Below are positions 45,348 through 54,996 of a DNA stretch of 64,000 bases, in pieces (position 1 is the stretch's first letter; every line of letters starts with the position of its first letter). The notes under the pieces were generated by a model. The model worked only from the letters and a program-made list of their open reading frames with translations, did no database searches and was not told where the DNA came from. The stretch is from Bacteroidales bacterium (GTDB lineage: Bacteria > Bacteroidota > Bacteroidia > Bacteroidales > UBA932): assembly GCA_017630155.1 (NCBI GenBank), contig JAGBVU010000005.1, positions 144,342-208,341 of the forward strand, given 5' to 3'. The position numbers and the translations under genes were made by a program.

Positions 45348-47390
45348 AAAAATATCATAATCCACCCACTTGTCGCATTCACCCCTTACAAGTCTCCCTT
45401 TGGCGGTGTCGGGGTACTTCTGGGCTACTGTCCTGAAGTGGTTCAGCCTATAGTGGAGGTCGGCGGCCAGTTCCGGATCAGTAACGGTCTGGAGTGCCTC
45501 GTCTATAAGTGATTGCGCCCGTCTCCTGGCGGCAGATGTGTATTTGTCACTCTCCCAATCCCTTTTGATGCATACCTGATCTACAAAGTTTGTCCCTTTA
45601 TAGTATTGGGTAAGCCCCCAATGGGTTTCAAATGATTGGCGGATCTCTATCCCGAGTTTATACATATACTTTCCCTTGATATCAGGATTTGTTACAATAC
45701 CGATCTTTTTTTCGAGTATATGCATCTCCAGAGCAAACTCATATCTGTTGAGGTAGGGTCCCATATGATCACCCACTTTCAGACTCGCCCAATACCCTTG
45801 GCTAACATTCTCCAGATACCCAACAGCTTCACTGTAACGGAGATTCCTCAGACATTGCGTCCCCAGGATATCATTCAGGTAGTCGCTGTCTGTATATCCA
45901 CGCTGATTGAGGTATCTGTCGAACTCCGATTTGGGATTCCTGATATTCGCTGTATAGCACTTTGCCACATCCAGCCCCAGACTGTCAATCATCTCAAAGA
46001 AATGGTTTGAGTAATGGAGATCGCTCTTGACCCCAACCACCTTCGGGAGAAAATTGTCTGCCATATTTGCCAGCTGGAGGGCACGGTTTGTTTTCCCTAT
46101 TTCGAGCATGCGGGGGCAAACCTCTGCCAGGAGAATGCGCCTTAGCATATCATTCCAGTAATAATAGCTGATCATTCTGCCCAGCTTACTACCATCGATG
46201 GTCTCAAGAACCACATCTTGATCGATGTTGTTGACTATTTTATCCTCCAACCATCTGAGTTGCCCGAGTAGCTTGACTTCGTATGAGCTGTCATATGTGG
46301 AGCTCTTGGAGTCAAGATAGATTCTGAATACCTTCAGCGATTCCTTCAGGAATTGGCTGCACTTCTGCCCCTCTGCCAGTTTCAGATAGCGCATAGCCAT
46401 CCATGTATCTTTCACCAAATCATATAGAAATGCCCTGGTATAGTACCATATAGCCTTGTCCGTAACCTCTGCGCTCCTTATCATTCTGTTACAAAGGGAG
46501 CACAAATCATTGTATTCGGGTGTAGCTGTGAATGAGTGGTCCCAATCCCAATACAGATTTGGTTCCATCTGCCTGACGCATTTCTGCAGCGCCTTGGGGA
46601 TGTTATGGTGGTTAGGATCGCATTCGCAAATCATGCTCAATGCTTTCACCGCAGAAATTCTTTCCCCGCTGAGGTAAGAGCAATAGAGCATCGATTCGAT
46701 GTCTCCCATTTGTGCGAAATATTCTATATCGCTTCCGAGCTGCCCCATGTGGTATCTGGCTCCCGCAATGTACGGTTCTATCATTCTCCTCATAAGATTC
46801 TCCCTAGGGAGCAATTCCACCTCCTCTTCCCATATCCTTATGCACTCATCATATCTTGCAAGGGTGAATAGTGCCCTGACCCCCTGTAGCAGATATCTCT
46901 CCCTGAGTGCAGGAATATCTGCTGACAATGAGACCTGGGCAACCTCTTCAAGGGTCATCCTTGCCCCGATTTTCATTAATGGGTAATACCAACGGGAATT
47001 GCGTTTGGCACGGATATACTCATTGGTCTTAGCCAGGAGGAGGAAATCAAGGATGGCTGTATCTTTTTTGGTAATCCTTTCCAGAAATCTGTTGTTGTAG
47101 GTGCTGTCGCGTCTAGTCGCTACCTTCTCAATCTCTTCCAGCGGCATATCATAGACAACATAGTGGATTTCATGCAGAGGGATGCTGTAGGAGGTCATCT
47201 TTTGCCACTCCCTGCAGTTTTCGGTGCGATCCTGAGAGGCGTCCCCCACCAATGCATTGTTCTCCCCCTCATAGACTCTGTACATATAGTATGCTGCAGG
47301 CAGGTTGGATGGAACCCAACACCCGTTGGCATACTTTGGAAGGCTTATGGCCAATAAGCTAATGAGCAAGTATTTGTGCAATCTCTTCAT
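45339..47390 (-). CDS. Putative lipoprotein, unknown function (683 aa)
   Basis: Signal/lipobox-like N-terminus (LLAISLPKYANGC) and a helical repeat-like body. No family recognised. Confidence 0.6.
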   Translation of the reverse strand: MKRLHKYLLISLLAISLPKYANGCWVPSNLPAAYYMYRVYEGENNALVGDASQDRTENCREWQKMTSYSIPLHEIHYVVYDMPLEEIEKVATRRDSTYNNRFLERITKKDTAILDFLLLAKTNEYIRAKRNSRWYYPLMKIGARMTLEEVAQVSLSADIPALRERYLLQGVRALFTLARYDECIRIWEEEVELLPRENLMRRMIEPYIAGARYHMGQLGSDIEYFAQMGDIESMLYCSYLSGERISAVKALSMICECDPNHHNIPKALQKCVRQMEPNLYWDWDHSFTATPEYNDLCSLCNRMIRSAEVTDKAIWYYTRAFLYDLVKDTWMAMRYLKLAEGQKCSQFLKESLKVFRIYLDSKSSTYDSSYEVKLLGQLRWLEDKIVNNIDQDVVLETIDGSKLGRMISYYYWNDMLRRILLAEVCPRMLEIGKTNRALQLANMADNFLPKVVGVKSDLHYSNHFFEMIDSLGLDVAKCYTANIRNPKSEFDRYLNQRGYTDSDYLNDILGTQCLRNLRYSEAVGYLENVSQGYWASLKVGDHMGPYLNRYEFALEMHILEKKIGIVTNPDIKGKYMYKLGIEIRQSFETHWGLTQYYKGTNFVDQVCIKRDWESDKYTSAARRRAQSLIDEALQTVTDPELAADLHYRLNHFRTVAQKYPDTAKGRLVRGECDKWVDYDIFNK

Positions 47391-48342
47391 CGCTGTAATG
47401 TTTTATGTGTTCACTCTCCAGATGGTACAATATGTTCCCATCGGCCGGCTTCCCAAGATTTTTCTCCACCAGCCTCTTTACTGATTCTATCTGGGGATAT
47501 GTGGGGCGTTCATACCTTATAACTTCTTTTTCCGATTTCACAGAATCCCTCTCGGAGACAATCGATATAAAATTCTCCCCATGGAATTTCACTCCCCATC
47601 CGAAAATAGGGTAGGAGTAGTCAAGTGGGATAGGGTATGTCCTCTTATTCATCAGATAAGGCTTTACATCATTGAGGTCAAGGATAGAATTCTTTGTGCG
47701 GAACTCTTTGAGCGCTCCGGTGTTGTAGAGCATCAGTACACCCTTGTCTGCGGGAGGAGGATTTTCCCCCAGTTGATGCAGCCTCACAGTAATGCTGAGG
47801 TCTATCCCCTTGTCAGAGAGTAAATTTTTGGTGTGCTGGCACAATGAAGAATAGATCCCCTTGGTGGTGGCTGTCCAGTCGCAGTCAAACTGCACCTCCC
47901 GGATATTGCCACACTCGTTGTGAGAGCACATGGCGAGCAATCTGTCGGTAATCAGCTCAGCATATTCCCTCTCTTGCCCCGACATTGCACGAAGTGCTTC
48001 CAGTGTAATGTATGTAACAGGGACAATCTCTACCCCCTTAGGGATAGATGACTCAAACCTTGTGGTGGCGATAGGGACAATCTCCTGCTTCCTTGTCCAT
48101 TGGTTTGTCTCCAGAGCCACATCAAACATCCGGAGATAGATTCGCCCGATGCTTTGTTTTTCTATAAAAGCCATCTCTGCCGAGTCTGGTGAAAACACAG
48201 TCTTCCAATGGTAGATGGAACTCTGATATGCAGACTTTTTCCCTGTGGTTCCGGTGCAACTCCATATCAGTGTCGAAGCAGTTGTAAAAATGAAAAGAAA
48301 TTTAAGCAATGACCTCATCTTGAAATTCGTTATCTGTCTCAA
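47359..48342 (-). CDS. Putative lipoprotein, unknown function (327 aa)
   Basis: Lipobox TLIWSC. Overlaps the downstream gene by 32 nt. Confidence 0.6.
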   Translation of the reverse strand: MRQITNFKMRSLLKFLFIFTTASTLIWSCTGTTGKKSAYQSSIYHWKTVFSPDSAEMAFIEKQSIGRIYLRMFDVALETNQWTRKQEIVPIATTRFESSIPKGVEIVPVTYITLEALRAMSGQEREYAELITDRLLAMCSHNECGNIREVQFDCDWTATTKGIYSSLCQHTKNLLSDKGIDLSITVRLHQLGENPPPADKGVLMLYNTGALKEFRTKNSILDLNDVKPYLMNKRTYPIPLDYSYPIFGWGVKFHGENFISIVSERDSVKSEKEVIRYERPTYPQIESVKRLVEKNLGKPADGNILYHLESEHIKHYSDEEIAQILAH

Positions 48343-48504
48343 ATTTCACAACAAAGTTTCACACTTCCCACCATTTTATCACCGACTGTACAAACTCACC
48401 GTATTGGTGTATGAAATTGTGCACGGAACTGAAATTCAACACCGACGCGTGGGAAAAGCCCGGTATCCGCTGCGTCGGGTATAGAAGAACTTTCTGAAGG
48501 AGTA

Positions 48505-48629
48505 GCGGCCACGGAGATTAAGGTTCTGAAGGCCTAAGCACCCGCGCTTGATAGCGGGGAGACCGCCGCGTAAGCGGTGGTGGGAGTGAGCGTAGCGAAC
48601 GTCTGAAGAACCTTAACTCCGAGCCGCGA
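48505..48629. repeat. ~125 bp palindromic (MITE/REP-like) element, copy 2, inverted relative to 24867..24996
   Basis: gcggccacggagattaaggttctgaag ... cttcagacgttcgc... The reverse complement aligns to copy 1 along its full length. Confidence 0.85.
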
Positions 48630-48656
48630 TAGAAAAGAAAAATCAGTTTTTTTCAT

Positions 48657-48664
48657 TATATTTG
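48657..48664 (+). promoter_or_regulatory. -7 box TATATTTG for hutU
   Basis: TAnnTTTG match 25 nt upstream of the ATG at 48689. Confidence 0.45.
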
Positions 48665-48688
48665 TAACCGACACAAATGTAAAAGGTT

Positions 48689-50698
48689 ATGAACGACTTT
48701 CAAAAAGCTATATTAGCAGGTATTCCGGATATCCTTCCGGAGCCAAAAAGCTATGACACAAATATAAACCACGCACCCAAAAGGAAAGATATCCTTACCC
48801 CTGCCGAGAAGAAACTGGCACTGAAAAATGCCCTCAGGTATTTCCCTACCAAGCATCACGCCACACTACTCCCCGAATTCAGACAGGAACTCGAGACATA
48901 CGGCCGCATCTACATGTACCGCTTCCGTCCGGACTATAAAATCCACGCCAGAAGCATAGACGAATTCCCACACAAAAGCCGTCAGGCAGCAGCGATCATG
49001 CTGATGCTTTCAAACAACCTCGACTACGCAGTGGCACAACACCCCCACGAACTTATCACATACGGAGGAAACGGCGCAGCATTCCAGAACTGGGCACAAT
49101 ACCTCCTCACTATGCAATACCTCGCCCAGATGACAGACGAGCAGACACTTGTTCTATACTCGGGACACCCCCTCGGCCTCTTCCCCTCACATAAGGAGGC
49201 ACCACGTCTTGTCATCACAAACGGAATGGTGATCCCCAACTACTCATCCAAAGACCACTGGGAGAAATTCAACGCCCTGGGCGTATCCCAATACGGACAG
49301 ATGACAGCGGGATCATTTATGTACATAGGACCTCAGGGAATCGTACACGGCACCACCATCACTGTCCTTAACGCAGCCAGAATGCATTGTGCGAAGCACC
49401 AAGCTGTGGTAAGTGATGAAGATATCAAAGGGAAACTCTTCGTAAGCTCCGGCCTCGGAGGAATGTCGGGAGCTCAGCCAAAGGCGGCAGTTATCGCCGG
49501 TGTGGTGGGTATAGTGGCAGAGATCAATCCTAAGGCTGTCCAGAAACGCTACGAACAGGGTTGGGTAGATGAAGTCTATACAGACCTTGACCAGCTTATC
49601 GCCAGGGCCCTTAAAGCACGCGACGCAAAAGAGGCTGTCTCACTTGCATATCAGGGCAATGTGGTGGACCTTTGGGAGAAACTCGCTGCAGAGAATATAA
49701 ATGTCGACCTCGGCTCAGACCAGACATCACTCCATAACCCATGGGCAGGCGGTTACTACCCAGTAGGGTACTCACTCGAAGAGTCAAATGAGATGATGGC
49801 CAAAGAGCCTGAAAAATTCAAGGAGGCTGTACAGGAGACTCTCCGCCGCCACGCAGCTGCTATCAACAAACTTACAGCCCAGGGTATGTACTTCTTCGAT
49901 TATGGCAATGCATTCCTCCTCGAGGCATCGCGAGCAGGTGCCGACATCCTGAAAGAGGACGGCACCTTCAAATACCCTTCATATGTTCAGGATATTATGG
50001 GTCCTCTATTCTTCGATTACGGATTCGGCCCATACCGTTGGGTTTGTACATCGTCCAAGCCTGAAGATCTGGCCGAGACAGACCGCCTCGCTGCAGAGGT
50101 TCAGGAGGAGATCCTCAAAACTGCTCCAGTCGAGATCCAGTCACAGCTGAAGGACAATATACATTGGGTGAAGGAGGCTGCCAAAAACCACCTGGTAGTG
50201 GGCTCACAGGCCCGTATCCTCTATGCTGATGCAGAGGGTCGTACCAAGATAGCACTTGCCATGAACCAGGCTATCCGTGAAGGTAAAATATCTGCCCCTA
50301 TCGTTCTGGGACGTGACCACCACGATGTGTCAGGAACAGACTCACCTTACCGCGAGACCTCAAATATCTATGACGGCTCAAGCTTTACAGCCGATATGGC
50401 TATCCATAATGTCATCGGAGACTCATTCCGCGGAGCCACCTGGGTATCTATCCACAACGGAGGTGGAGTCGGCTGGGGAGAGGTGATAAACGGCGGCTTC
50501 GGTATGGTTATCGACGGCACTCCGGAGGCCGACCGCAAGATAGTGGAGATGCTCCATTGGGATGTGAACAATGGTATCGCACGCCGCAGCTGGGCGCGCA
50601 ATAAAGGTGCAATGTTCGCTATCCAGAGGGAGATGGAGCGTACCCCAAATCTCAAAGTGACCCTCCCTAATCTAGTAGACGAGAGCTTGTTTGAATAA
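48689..50698 (+). CDS. hutU: Urocanate hydratase
   Basis: 669 aa with urocanase hallmarks (YGGNGAAFQNW, GQMTAGSFMYIGPQGIVHGT, GLGGMSGAQ). Confidence 0.95.
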   Translation: MNDFQKAILAGIPDILPEPKSYDTNINHAPKRKDILTPAEKKLALKNALRYFPTKHHATLLPEFRQELETYGRIYMYRFRPDYKIHARSIDEFPHKSRQAAAIMLMLSNNLDYAVAQHPHELITYGGNGAAFQNWAQYLLTMQYLAQMTDEQTLVLYSGHPLGLFPSHKEAPRLVITNGMVIPNYSSKDHWEKFNALGVSQYGQMTAGSFMYIGPQGIVHGTTITVLNAARMHCAKHQAVVSDEDIKGKLFVSSGLGGMSGAQPKAAVIAGVVGIVAEINPKAVQKRYEQGWVDEVYTDLDQLIARALKARDAKEAVSLAYQGNVVDLWEKLAAENINVDLGSDQTSLHNPWAGGYYPVGYSLEESNEMMAKEPEKFKEAVQETLRRHAAAINKLTAQGMYFFDYGNAFLLEASRAGADILKEDGTFKYPSYVQDIMGPLFFDYGFGPYRWVCTSSKPEDLAETDRLAAEVQEEILKTAPVEIQSQLKDNIHWVKEAAKNHLVVGSQARILYADAEGRTKIALAMNQAIREGKISAPIVLGRDHHDVSGTDSPYRETSNIYDGSSFTADMAIHNVIGDSFRGATWVSIHNGGGVGWGEVINGGFGMVIDGTPEADRKIVEMLHWDVNNGIARRSWARNKGAMFAIQREMERTPNLKVTLPNLVDESLFE

Positions 50699-51665
50699 GT
50701 TCGGTAAACTCTTCCGGTGTTACGCCGGAGATATAACTGTTCAGGTCAATATCGGATACGGCGGCAAATATGTCGTCGTATCTGTTCAATACACCTGTCA
50801 GTCTGGCCTCAAGCTCTGATGTGGGGGCGGTAAAGAAGTAGTCACCGTGTATGCGGCACTCCTGGATTATCCCCTTTTCCACATTGAGATATACCTCAAT
50901 GAATCCTGACGGGAGCTTTACAGAATTTGAGAATGTGTATTTTGGGGATACGCCGAAATTCCACTCATTGGTGGAGTATTTCTCTTCATAAAGGGCCTGG
51001 ATCTTCTCAAGTTCTGCCGGTGTATAGTCAGATGCACCCTCCTCTTTGGCCACTTCGCTGTAGATGTATTGGATGAAATCCCCAATCTCCATCGGGGTAG
51101 GGAGGTGCTGGCTGATGTTTGTGACGCGGGATCTGGTGGACTGTACCCCCTTTCCTACAAACTTCTCAGGGCGGGCATTAAGGGCACCGCTAAGATCAGA
51201 TATGGATGCGGAGAACATCAGTGTCCCGTGCTGCAGGACCCTGTCGCGATAGACACAAATGGCATTGCCCGAGAATTTTTTCCCATCTATAAGGAGGTCG
51301 TTGCGGCCCTCCAGATAAGCCTCCACCCCCAGTTTGCGGAGCGCTGCGATGATAGGGGCTGTGAATCTGGCAAACATGGCGCTGGTATCCTCCCCCTCCA
51401 CTTTCTTGTCAATAAAGGTGAAGTTGATATTGCCCAGGTCGTGGAATACGGCTCCCCCTCCGCTCAGTCTCCTTACTACAGGGATATTGTTCTGGTGGAT
51501 AAACTGGCCGTTGATCTCGGCAGCGGCGTTCTGGTTCTTGCCAATGATTACCGATGGTGCATTGCGCCATAGGCGGAAAATCGGTTCAGTGCAGTGCTTG
51601 AGAAGATACTCTTCGGCTGCAAGGTTGAAATATGGGTCATGCCCTTTGTCGACGATACATCTCAT
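50667..51665 (-). CDS. lplA: Lipoate-protein ligase A
   Basis: NLAAEEYLL, RRLSGGGAVFHD and GKKFSGNA motifs. Its convergent 3' end overlaps hutU by 32 nt. Confidence 0.85.
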   Translation of the reverse strand: MRCIVDKGHDPYFNLAAEEYLLKHCTEPIFRLWRNAPSVIIGKNQNAAAEINGQFIHQNNIPVVRRLSGGGAVFHDLGNINFTFIDKKVEGEDTSAMFARFTAPIIAALRKLGVEAYLEGRNDLLIDGKKFSGNAICVYRDRVLQHGTLMFSASISDLSGALNARPEKFVGKGVQSTRSRVTNISQHLPTPMEIGDFIQYIYSEVAKEEGASDYTPAELEKIQALYEEKYSTNEWNFGVSPKYTFSNSVKLPSGFIEVYLNVEKGIIQECRIHGDYFFTAPTSELEARLTGVLNRYDDIFAAVSDIDLNSYISGVTPEEFTELIQTSSRLLD

Positions 51666-52242
51666 ATTTGTGTAGTGAAAGTTTCAGGATATAGTATACC
51701 AGAAGCCCTATGGCAGCCCCGAGAAGGGCGCCGCAGATGACATCCAGCGGGTAGTGCTTTGCGAGATAGATGCGGCTGTAGCTGATAGTCACAGCCCATA
51801 AGAAGATGAAGATGGAGTACCACTTCTTTCTGAAAATCAGTGAGGTGAGTGTGGCCAGGCCAAATGTGTTGGCAGCATGGCCCGACACGAAACCATAGCT
51901 TCCACCTTTCCCCTCCAGCAGTCTGACAAGACCTTCAAGGGAGGGCTCGTGACCTGGTCTGAACCTTTGGACAGACTCCTTCAACAGGAGAGATATCTGG
52001 TCGCACAGACCGAAGCAGACAGCGACAGCCGCTACAGAGAACAAACCCACGACCCATCTCTGGAGATCGTCGGACTTGAATCTTTGCCACTTGGGGTGGA
52101 AGAGGAGTGCTGTTATTATAAGGTATAGCGGTATCCAGACCGGTATGGAAGAGAAGAACAGCATCACTTTATCTGAAATAGGGGAGTTCCACCCATTGAT
52201 GGCCAGAAGAAGCTCCCTATCCAGATTGAGCAGTTGTTCCAT
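51637..52242 (-). CDS. PAP2 family phosphatase (membrane)
   Basis: KxxxxxxRP (KESVQRFRP), SGH (FVSGHAAN) and SRxxxxxHxxxD (SRIYLAKHYPLD) motifs. Confidence 0.85.
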   Translation of the reverse strand: MEQLLNLDRELLLAINGWNSPISDKVMLFFSSIPVWIPLYLIITALLFHPKWQRFKSDDLQRWVVGLFSVAAVAVCFGLCDQISLLLKESVQRFRPGHEPSLEGLVRLLEGKGGSYGFVSGHAANTFGLATLTSLIFRKKWYSIFIFLWAVTISYSRIYLAKHYPLDVICGALLGAAIGLLVYYILKLSLHKYEMYRRQRA

Positions 52243-52247
52243 AGCGG

Positions 52248-53240
52248 TTATTGGTTAAGAGTTTTCCACAAAAGGTCCTTCAGCTGTGGGATACCCTCAC
52301 CGGTCAGCGATGATATGAAGATACAGGGGAGAGTGCGTGGAAGGTGTTTTTTGATCTCTTTTTTGAGCTCATCATCCAGCATGTCCGCTTTGGTGATGGC
52401 GAGTACCCTCTCTTTGTCCATCAGTTCAGGGTTGTAGAGTTTCAGCTCCTTGAGAAGGACCTTATAATCCTCCTTGATGTCCTGACTGTCTGCAGGAATC
52501 ATGAACAGAAGCATCGAGTTTCTCTCGATATGGCGGAGGAATCTGGTCCCGAGACCTTTTCCTGTGTGAGCCCCTTCGATGATACCTGGTATGTCAGCCA
52601 TTACGAACGATTTGTTGTCGTAGTAGTTTACGATACCGAGGTTTGGCTCAAGAGTGGTAAATGCGTAGTCAGCAATCTTGGGTTTGGCTGCTGAAACTAC
52701 AGACAGGAGAGTCGATTTTCCGGCATTCGGGAAACCGACAAGACCTACATCGGCAAGGAGTTTGAGCTCCAGGATGAACCACCCCTCCACACCAAGTTCG
52801 CCAGGCTGTGCATAGCGGGGTGTCTGGTTGGTGGCAGATTTGAAGTTTGCGTTTCCAAGGCCGCCGCGGCCACCTTTTACCAGGATCTTCTCCTCACCTG
52901 GTTCGAGTACCTCAAAAAGTACCTCTCCGGTCTCTGCATCCTTGGCAACAGTTCCAAGGGGGACATCCAGATAGATGTCCTTGCCATTGGCACCCTTGCA
53001 TAGACTGCCGCTCCCGGCTTCACCATGGTCAGCTTTGATGTGTTTGCGGTATTTGAGGTGGATCAGGGTCCAGAATTGTGGATTACCCCTCAGGATGATA
53101 TGTCCGCCGCGACCACCATCTCCACCATCAGGTCCCCCTTTAGGGACAAATTTCTCGCGGCGAAGGTGCATCGAACCATTGCCTCCGTTGCCGGATGCAC
53201 AGAAGATGCGTACGTAGTCTATGAAGTTTGAATTAGCCAT
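52248..53240 (-). CDS. obg: GTPase Obg
   Basis: Gly-rich Obg fold (GGDGGRGG), G1 [10 protein letters not shown]3 DIPG. Confidence 0.95.
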   Translation of the reverse strand: MANSNFIDYVRIFCASGNGGNGSMHLRREKFVPKGGPDGGDGGRGGHIILRGNPQFWTLIHLKYRKHIKADHGEAGSGSLCKGANGKDIYLDVPLGTVAKDAETGEVLFEVLEPGEEKILVKGGRGGLGNANFKSATNQTPRYAQPGELGVEGWFILELKLLADVGLVGFPNAGKSTLLSVVSAAKPKIADYAFTTLEPNLGIVNYYDNKSFVMADIPGIIEGAHTGKGLGTRFLRHIERNSMLLFMIPADSQDIKEDYKVLLKELKLYNPELMDKERVLAITKADMLDDELKKEIKKHLPRTLPCIFISSLTGEGIPQLKDLLWKTLNQ

Positions 53241-53281
53241 ATTGTGTAGAAGATCCTGCGGTCAGGGCCGCAGGATGACTT

Positions 53282-53848
53282 TTATTTTATTAGTTTGGAA
53301 ATGTTCTTGAATACCTCCTCGATGGTCCCTGTTCCATCCACTTCCTGATATTTCCCCTGTCTCTTGTAGAAATCGATAAGGGGTTCAGTTTTGTGGTGGT
53401 AGGTGTCTATCCTGTTCTGGATAATCTCCCTTTTGGTGTCATCGATTCTCCCTTCTATCAGTGCCCTATGCTGGATACGTTCAAATACCATCATGTCGGG
53501 GAGAGATATTGAAAGGATAGATGTTACTTCATCACCTCTGTCGGCAAGCAGGTTGTCGAGGGTCTCAGCCTGGGCGATAGTGCGTGGGAAGCCGTCAAAA
53601 AGGAAACCGTACACGTGGGTGTTCTCCTCAATGCAGTTTTTGATCATACCTACCACCACCTCGTCAGGGACGAAGTTTCCGGCATTGATCAGAACTGCAG
53701 CCTGGTTGCCAAGTTCGGTCCCTTTCTTTATCTCCTGGCGTAGCAGATCGCCTGTTGAGATGTGATGCAAATTATATTTTTCAGCTAGAAGCTTAGCCTG
53801 TGTACCCTTGCCAGCACCTGGAGGGCCAAACAATACGTAATATTTCAT
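53282..53848 (-). CDS. adk: Adenylate kinase
   Basis: P-loop GPPGAGKGTQ and the GDLLR motif. Short lid form. Confidence 0.95.
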   Translation of the reverse strand: MKYYVLFGPPGAGKGTQAKLLAEKYNLHHISTGDLLRQEIKKGTELGNQAAVLINAGNFVPDEVVVGMIKNCIEENTHVYGFLFDGFPRTIAQAETLDNLLADRGDEVTSILSISLPDMMVFERIQHRALIEGRIDDTKREIIQNRIDTYHHKTEPLIDFYKRQGKYQEVDGTGTIEEVFKNISKLIK

Positions 53849-54402
53849 TACTCTGGATCTTGATTTGGGTCTAATACATAAATATCCTTGTACTGACGGC
53901 CAAGTTCGTCATAGTCAAGGCCAAAGCCCACTATGAAGTCGTTGGGGATGGAGAGTGCAGGATAATCTATCTTGATGTCTTTGTTGTATGATTCGGGTTT
54001 GATAAGCAGTGTGCACACCTTAATGTCGGCTGCACCGGCCTCTTTCAGGAGCTGTACAAGTTCTACAATGGTATTCCCTGTGTCGACAATATCCTCCACG
54101 ATAAGGACATTTTTCCCTTTTATATTCTTGTTAAGACCAAGCAACTGCTTTACACAACCTGTAGATTGAGTGCCGTCATATGAGGACATCTTGATAAATG
54201 ATACCTCAGCCTGGATATCAAGATATTTCATAAGTGAAGCGGTAAACATGAACGAGCCGTTCAGCACACTGAGAAAAATAGGGTGTTCCTTATCTCTGTA
54301 ATCATCACAAATTCTTGCTGCGACAGATTTAATAGCCTTCTCGATCTCTTCATTTGGAAGAGAAGGGATGAAATACTTGTCGTGAAGTTTAATCCTTGCC
54401 AT
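53848..54402 (-). CDS. hpt: Hypoxanthine phosphoribosyltransferase
   Basis: PRPP-binding loop VLIVEDIVDTGNT. Start moved to the ATG at 54402 (MARIKLHDKYF). Confidence 0.9.
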   Translation of the reverse strand: MARIKLHDKYFIPSLPNEEIEKAIKSVAARICDDYRDKEHPIFLSVLNGSFMFTASLMKYLDIQAEVSFIKMSSYDGTQSTGCVKQLLGLNKNIKGKNVLIVEDIVDTGNTIVELVQLLKEAGAADIKVCTLLIKPESYNKDIKIDYPALSIPNDFIVGFGLDYDELGRQYKDIYVLDPNQDPE

Positions 54403-54441
54403 CGTTTTGCACATATTTTTTGAAGATGCGAAAATAAACAT

Positions 54442-54449
54442 TAATTTTG
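54442..54449 (+). promoter_or_regulatory. -7 box TAATTTTG for purE
   Basis: TAnnTTTG match 22 nt upstream of the ATG at 54471. Confidence 0.45.
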
Positions 54450-54470
54450 TTTAAACCGAAAAAATAGGAC

Positions 54471-54983
54471 ATGAAACCAGTAGTATCTATAATTATGGGC
54501 AGCACTTCTGACATGCCCGTTATGAAACAAGCGGCAGAATTCCTCGATTTGATGGAAATTCCCTTTGAAATCAATGCATTGTCGGCACACAGAGTTCCCG
54601 AGATGGTGATGGATTTTGCTACCAACGCTTATGAAAGGGGGATAAAGGTAATAATCGCAGGGGCTGGTGGAGCAGCTCACCTCCCAGGTGTTATTGCAGC
54701 ATATACACCGGTACCTGTAATCGGTGTCCCTATCAAATCTTCAAATTCGATTGACGGTTGGGACTCAGTACTCTCAATCCTTCAGATGCCTTCAGGTATC
54801 CCTGTAGCAACAGTTGCCCTTGACGGTGCCAAGAATGCAGGTATCCTCGCTTTCCAGATTCTCGCCACAGGCGACCCTGAGCTTATGAAGAAGATGGTCG
54901 AGTTTAAAAAGGATCTCGCTGCCAAGATAGGCAAGGCCAATAAAGATCTGCAGGAGGTCAAATACAAATTCAAGACAAATTAA
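54471..54983 (+). CDS. purE: 5-(carboxyamino)imidazole ribonucleotide mutase
   Basis: IMGSTSD, SAHR and GAGGAAHLPG motifs. Confidence 0.95.
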   Translation: MKPVVSIIMGSTSDMPVMKQAAEFLDLMEIPFEINALSAHRVPEMVMDFATNAYERGIKVIIAGAGGAAHLPGVIAAYTPVPVIGVPIKSSNSIDGWDSVLSILQMPSGIPVATVALDGAKNAGILAFQILATGDPELMKKMVEFKKDLAAKIGKANKDLQEVKYKFKTN

Positions 54984-54996
54984 ACACTAAATAAAA

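Noticed and set aside
50667-50698. 32 nt convergent overlap of the hutU and lplA 3' ends as something regulatory.
   Set aside because: Both ORFs have complete, family-typical C-termini. Short convergent overlaps are common, and no additional structure is evident.
50667-51665. Lipoate-protein ligase as a partner of the sHdr-like complex (sHdr systems use lipoate-binding proteins).
   Set aside because: It lies about 30 kb away, on the other side of the accessory region, in a housekeeping context. No lipoate-binding LbpA-like gene is seen next to the Hdr-like genes. No linkage is claimed.
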